NCBI GenBank assembly: GCA_036785375.1
Contig: JAWMAR010000147.1
Span: 5,270,001 to 5,334,000 of the forward strand
Direction of reading: 5' to 3'
Origin: Leucoraja ocellata
Lineage: Eukaryota
DNA length: 64,000 bases
Below the pieces are notes generated by a model. The model searched no databases. It had not been told where the DNA came from and saw only the letters and a program-made list of their open reading frames with translations. Numbering within the stretch: position 1 is the stretch's first letter; every line of letters begins with the position of its first letter. Shown here piece after piece: positions 61,310 through 64,000 of the stretch. The position numbers and the translations under genes were made by a program.

Positions 61310-64000
61310 CCCGGAATGTGATGAGCCTCGACGCCAACCCAGCCCAGCAAAATGCAGTTTAGCTAAAACTGCACGTTTTCTGGGCAGGTCAGCCTCATGT
61401 GTGGTTCCAGCACATTGAGGCCCAATTTCAAACTCGGCAAATTGTTATTGATTCGACTAAATATTTCTATGTGGTCGGCGCGCTGAACCAAGAACCCGCT
61501 GCCCAATTGCATCCTTACCATCAACATCCGCCTGCCGACAACAAGTATGAGTGCCTCAAGGCGCTGCTGCTGCGTACTTTCGGGTTCAGCTGCTGTGATC
61601 GGGCTGTCAGGATCCTGCACCTGGACGGCCTTGGTGACCGCAAGCCATCTGTACTGATGAGCGAAATGCTTTCGCTGATGGACGGTCACCAGCGTTGTCT
61701 TCTTTTCGAACAGGCGTTCCTCGAGCAGATGTCCGACGACATCCGCCTGCTCCTCGCCGGTAGCGACTTCGCCGACCCCCTACAACTCGCCGAGCGAGCG
61801 AACAAGCTGTGGCTCGCCAAGCAACAGGAAGGCGTTTCCATCAGCTAGGTGTCTACAGCTCCGCGACGGCCTCAACGGTCCGTCCCACCTTCTACCGACA
61901 ACACCACACCACAACCAGCCCCTGTGGATTCCAGTAAGTGCCTGTGGTGTTATACCACCAACGCTGGGGTGCAGAAGCCCGCCGATGCTGTTCTCCCTGC
62001 TCGCATCTGGGAAATGCTTTAGCCGAACACCAGTAGAGGCTATCGCGGTTGGCCAGAAACATCGCCTCTACGTCTGAGACCGTCGTTCCGGGCTCCGATT
62101 CCTCGTTGACATGGGGGCAGAGATCAACATACTGTCCCCATCTGGGGTCGACACCCGTTCCGGCAAGCGAGGCCCCACCCTGACTGCCGTCAACGGCAGC
62201 CCCATCCGGACTTATTGGATTCGTACTGTTCACTTGTTTTCAGCTCCCAACCATTTCTCGTGGCCGTTTACCATCGTCGATGTCTCCCAACCATTGTTTA
62301 GGCACCGACTTCCTATGGGCCTACTCCCTACTGGTCGATGTCAAGAGCCAATGTCTCGTGCATTCCGAGACGCTCCAGCAAGCATCGTCACAGCCTTCGG
62401 TCCCCTCCAACCCACACCTCGACTCGATGTCAGGAGCGGACGACGCGTACGCTCAAATTCTGGCTGAATTCCCTAAAATCCTGACCCCCCCAGTTTAATT
62501 CGGCCAACCCCAGACACGCCGTCGTACACCACATCCCCACCACCTGCCCACCGCTCTACGCAAGGGCACTCAGGTTCCCGCCTGACAAGCTGCGGATTGC
62601 CAAGGAGGAATTCCAGCACATGGAGGAGATGGCTATTGTGTGGTGCTCCGACAGCCCATGGACCTCCCCACTCCATATAGCCCCCAAGTTGCCGGCGGTT
62701 GGAGACTGTGCGAGGACTACTCCCGCCTCAACAACGCCCCGTCCCGCACATACAGGATTTCACAGCCTATTTGGACGCAGCTAAGTATTTTTCTAAAACT
62801 GATCTGGTGCGAGGGTACCTCCAGATCCCTGTCCACCCCGATGATGTGCCTAAGACCGCCATTATTACCCCTTTTGGTTGCGGATGCCCTTCGGCCTCAA
62901 GAATACCGCCGGGTGTTAGAATTTTTGTTCATCTATCTCGATGACACTCTGGTCGCCAGTCGTTCCCGTCAAAAGCACTGTGCGCACCTCCAGTTGTTGT
63001 GCCAGCGCCTCGTTATCAATCCCACCAAATGCCAGTACGGCCTCGACTCAATTTCATTTCTCGTACATCATGTTACCCAGCAGGGCGCAACCCCGCTCCC
63101 CTCCAAGATGAAGGCTATTCGGCCTTGCCAAGCTGGCTAACCGCGAGTCACGGTGCCATGCGGAAGAGGGCTTTGCCCGAGCCAGATGCTTGCCCCTTTA
63201 CGGGGTTGTACAATAGCTATTAGAATACTTGTAAAATAGTTGTTTGATGATTTTGTAACATGTTGGTGGGTATGTCACCATGGTTTTGTTTTTTTTTGGT
63301 TTTTGTATCCTGTTGGAATTTAAATATATTATTTTTTGATACAAAAAAAAAGGTGAAGGCTATTCGGCAGTTTCCCCGCCAGCCACAGTGAAAGGGCTTC
63401 AAGAGTTTGTGGGCATGATTAATTTTTATCATCGTTTTGTCCCAGCGGCGGCCCGGGTTATGCAACCTTTGGTCCAGTGTCTGGCAAGCAAACAGCGGGA
63501 CCTGGTGTGGGATGCGGAAACCAACCGTGACCTATCGTCCCTACTGTTTGGCGGCGTCCACGGCTTAGCCAACCTTTCTGTCCAGGCAACTATTGCATTG
63601 GTGGCGACCAAGTTCGTTTGGCACGGTCTCCGCAAGCAGGTCAGTGCCTGGGCCAGGGCCTGCATCCCCTGCCAAACGTCCAAGGTCCAGTGCCACGTGC
63701 GCGCGCCTCTGCAGGATTTTGTCAACCCTCAGCACCGATTTGACCACATCTACGTCAACCTTGTGGGTCCCCTACTGCCGTCCCGAGGTGTCACCCACCT
63801 GCTCACATTATGGACCATTTCACGCGGTGGCCCAAGGCCGTTCTGCTCCCTGACGCCTCCGCCGCGACTTGTGCACGAGCTCTCACTGCCAACTTGGACT
63901 GGGTGGCTCGTTACGACCGACATCTCCTCTGCGACATTTACCTCTGCGCTGTGGTCGGCCATGACCCAGCTGCTCGGTGCTCAGCTGCACCACACTACAG
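61310..64000 (+). mobile_element. Ty3/Gypsy LTR retrotransposon internal region, decayed; runs off the window
   Basis: gag WFQHIEAQF...GDRKPSVLM, protease FLVDMGAEI, RT WRLCEDYSRLN / FSKTDLVRGY / YLDDTLVAS, integrase ...ARACIPCQ...RFDHI. No 5' LTR recognised. Confidence 0.92.
63124..63353 (+). mobile_element. Tx1/L1-like LINE 3' fragment inserted in the Gypsy pol
   Basis: 15-bp TSD TGAAGGCTATTCGGC (63109-63123, 63354-63368); poly(A); peptide LAKLANRESRCHAEEG...CLPLY. Confidence 0.85.

Overview
Vertebrate genomic DNA, most likely a skate or ray (HE1-like V-SINE, HER1/CR1-like LINEs, Neptune-type Penelope elements). The only host coding sequence I found is one 76-nt minus-strand exon of RMDN3 (PTPIP51) at 6177-6252. 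The rest reads as intron, apparently over 57 kb on the upstream side, densely filled with mobile elements. These include a structurally complete DIRS1-type retrotransposon whose RT core was replaced by a Nimb/I LINE fragment, two co-oriented nests of non-autonomous Helitrons, and a Penelope element with inverted pLTRs and a 15-bp TSD. There are also CR1, Rex1, RTE, HERO and Tx1 LINE pieces, a Gypsy internal region, and Harbinger, hAT, Academ-like and Tc1 DNA elements. I see no intact novel protein-coding system. Best leads: (1) Helitrons carrying a captured SAC3D1-like exon end with its splice donor, promoter-like pieces and a CR1 fragment; (2) 90-230 bp Penelope-derived units with a hammerhead-like core that transposed independently with TSDs; (3) a duplicated three-hairpin module with 33/39-nt GT-AG segments in the DIRS leader; (4) a GC-rich non-autonomous retroelement family with variable Rex1-like tails. 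All family and gene assignments come from remembered motifs and were not checked by database search. Boundaries without TSDs or terminal repeats are approximate.
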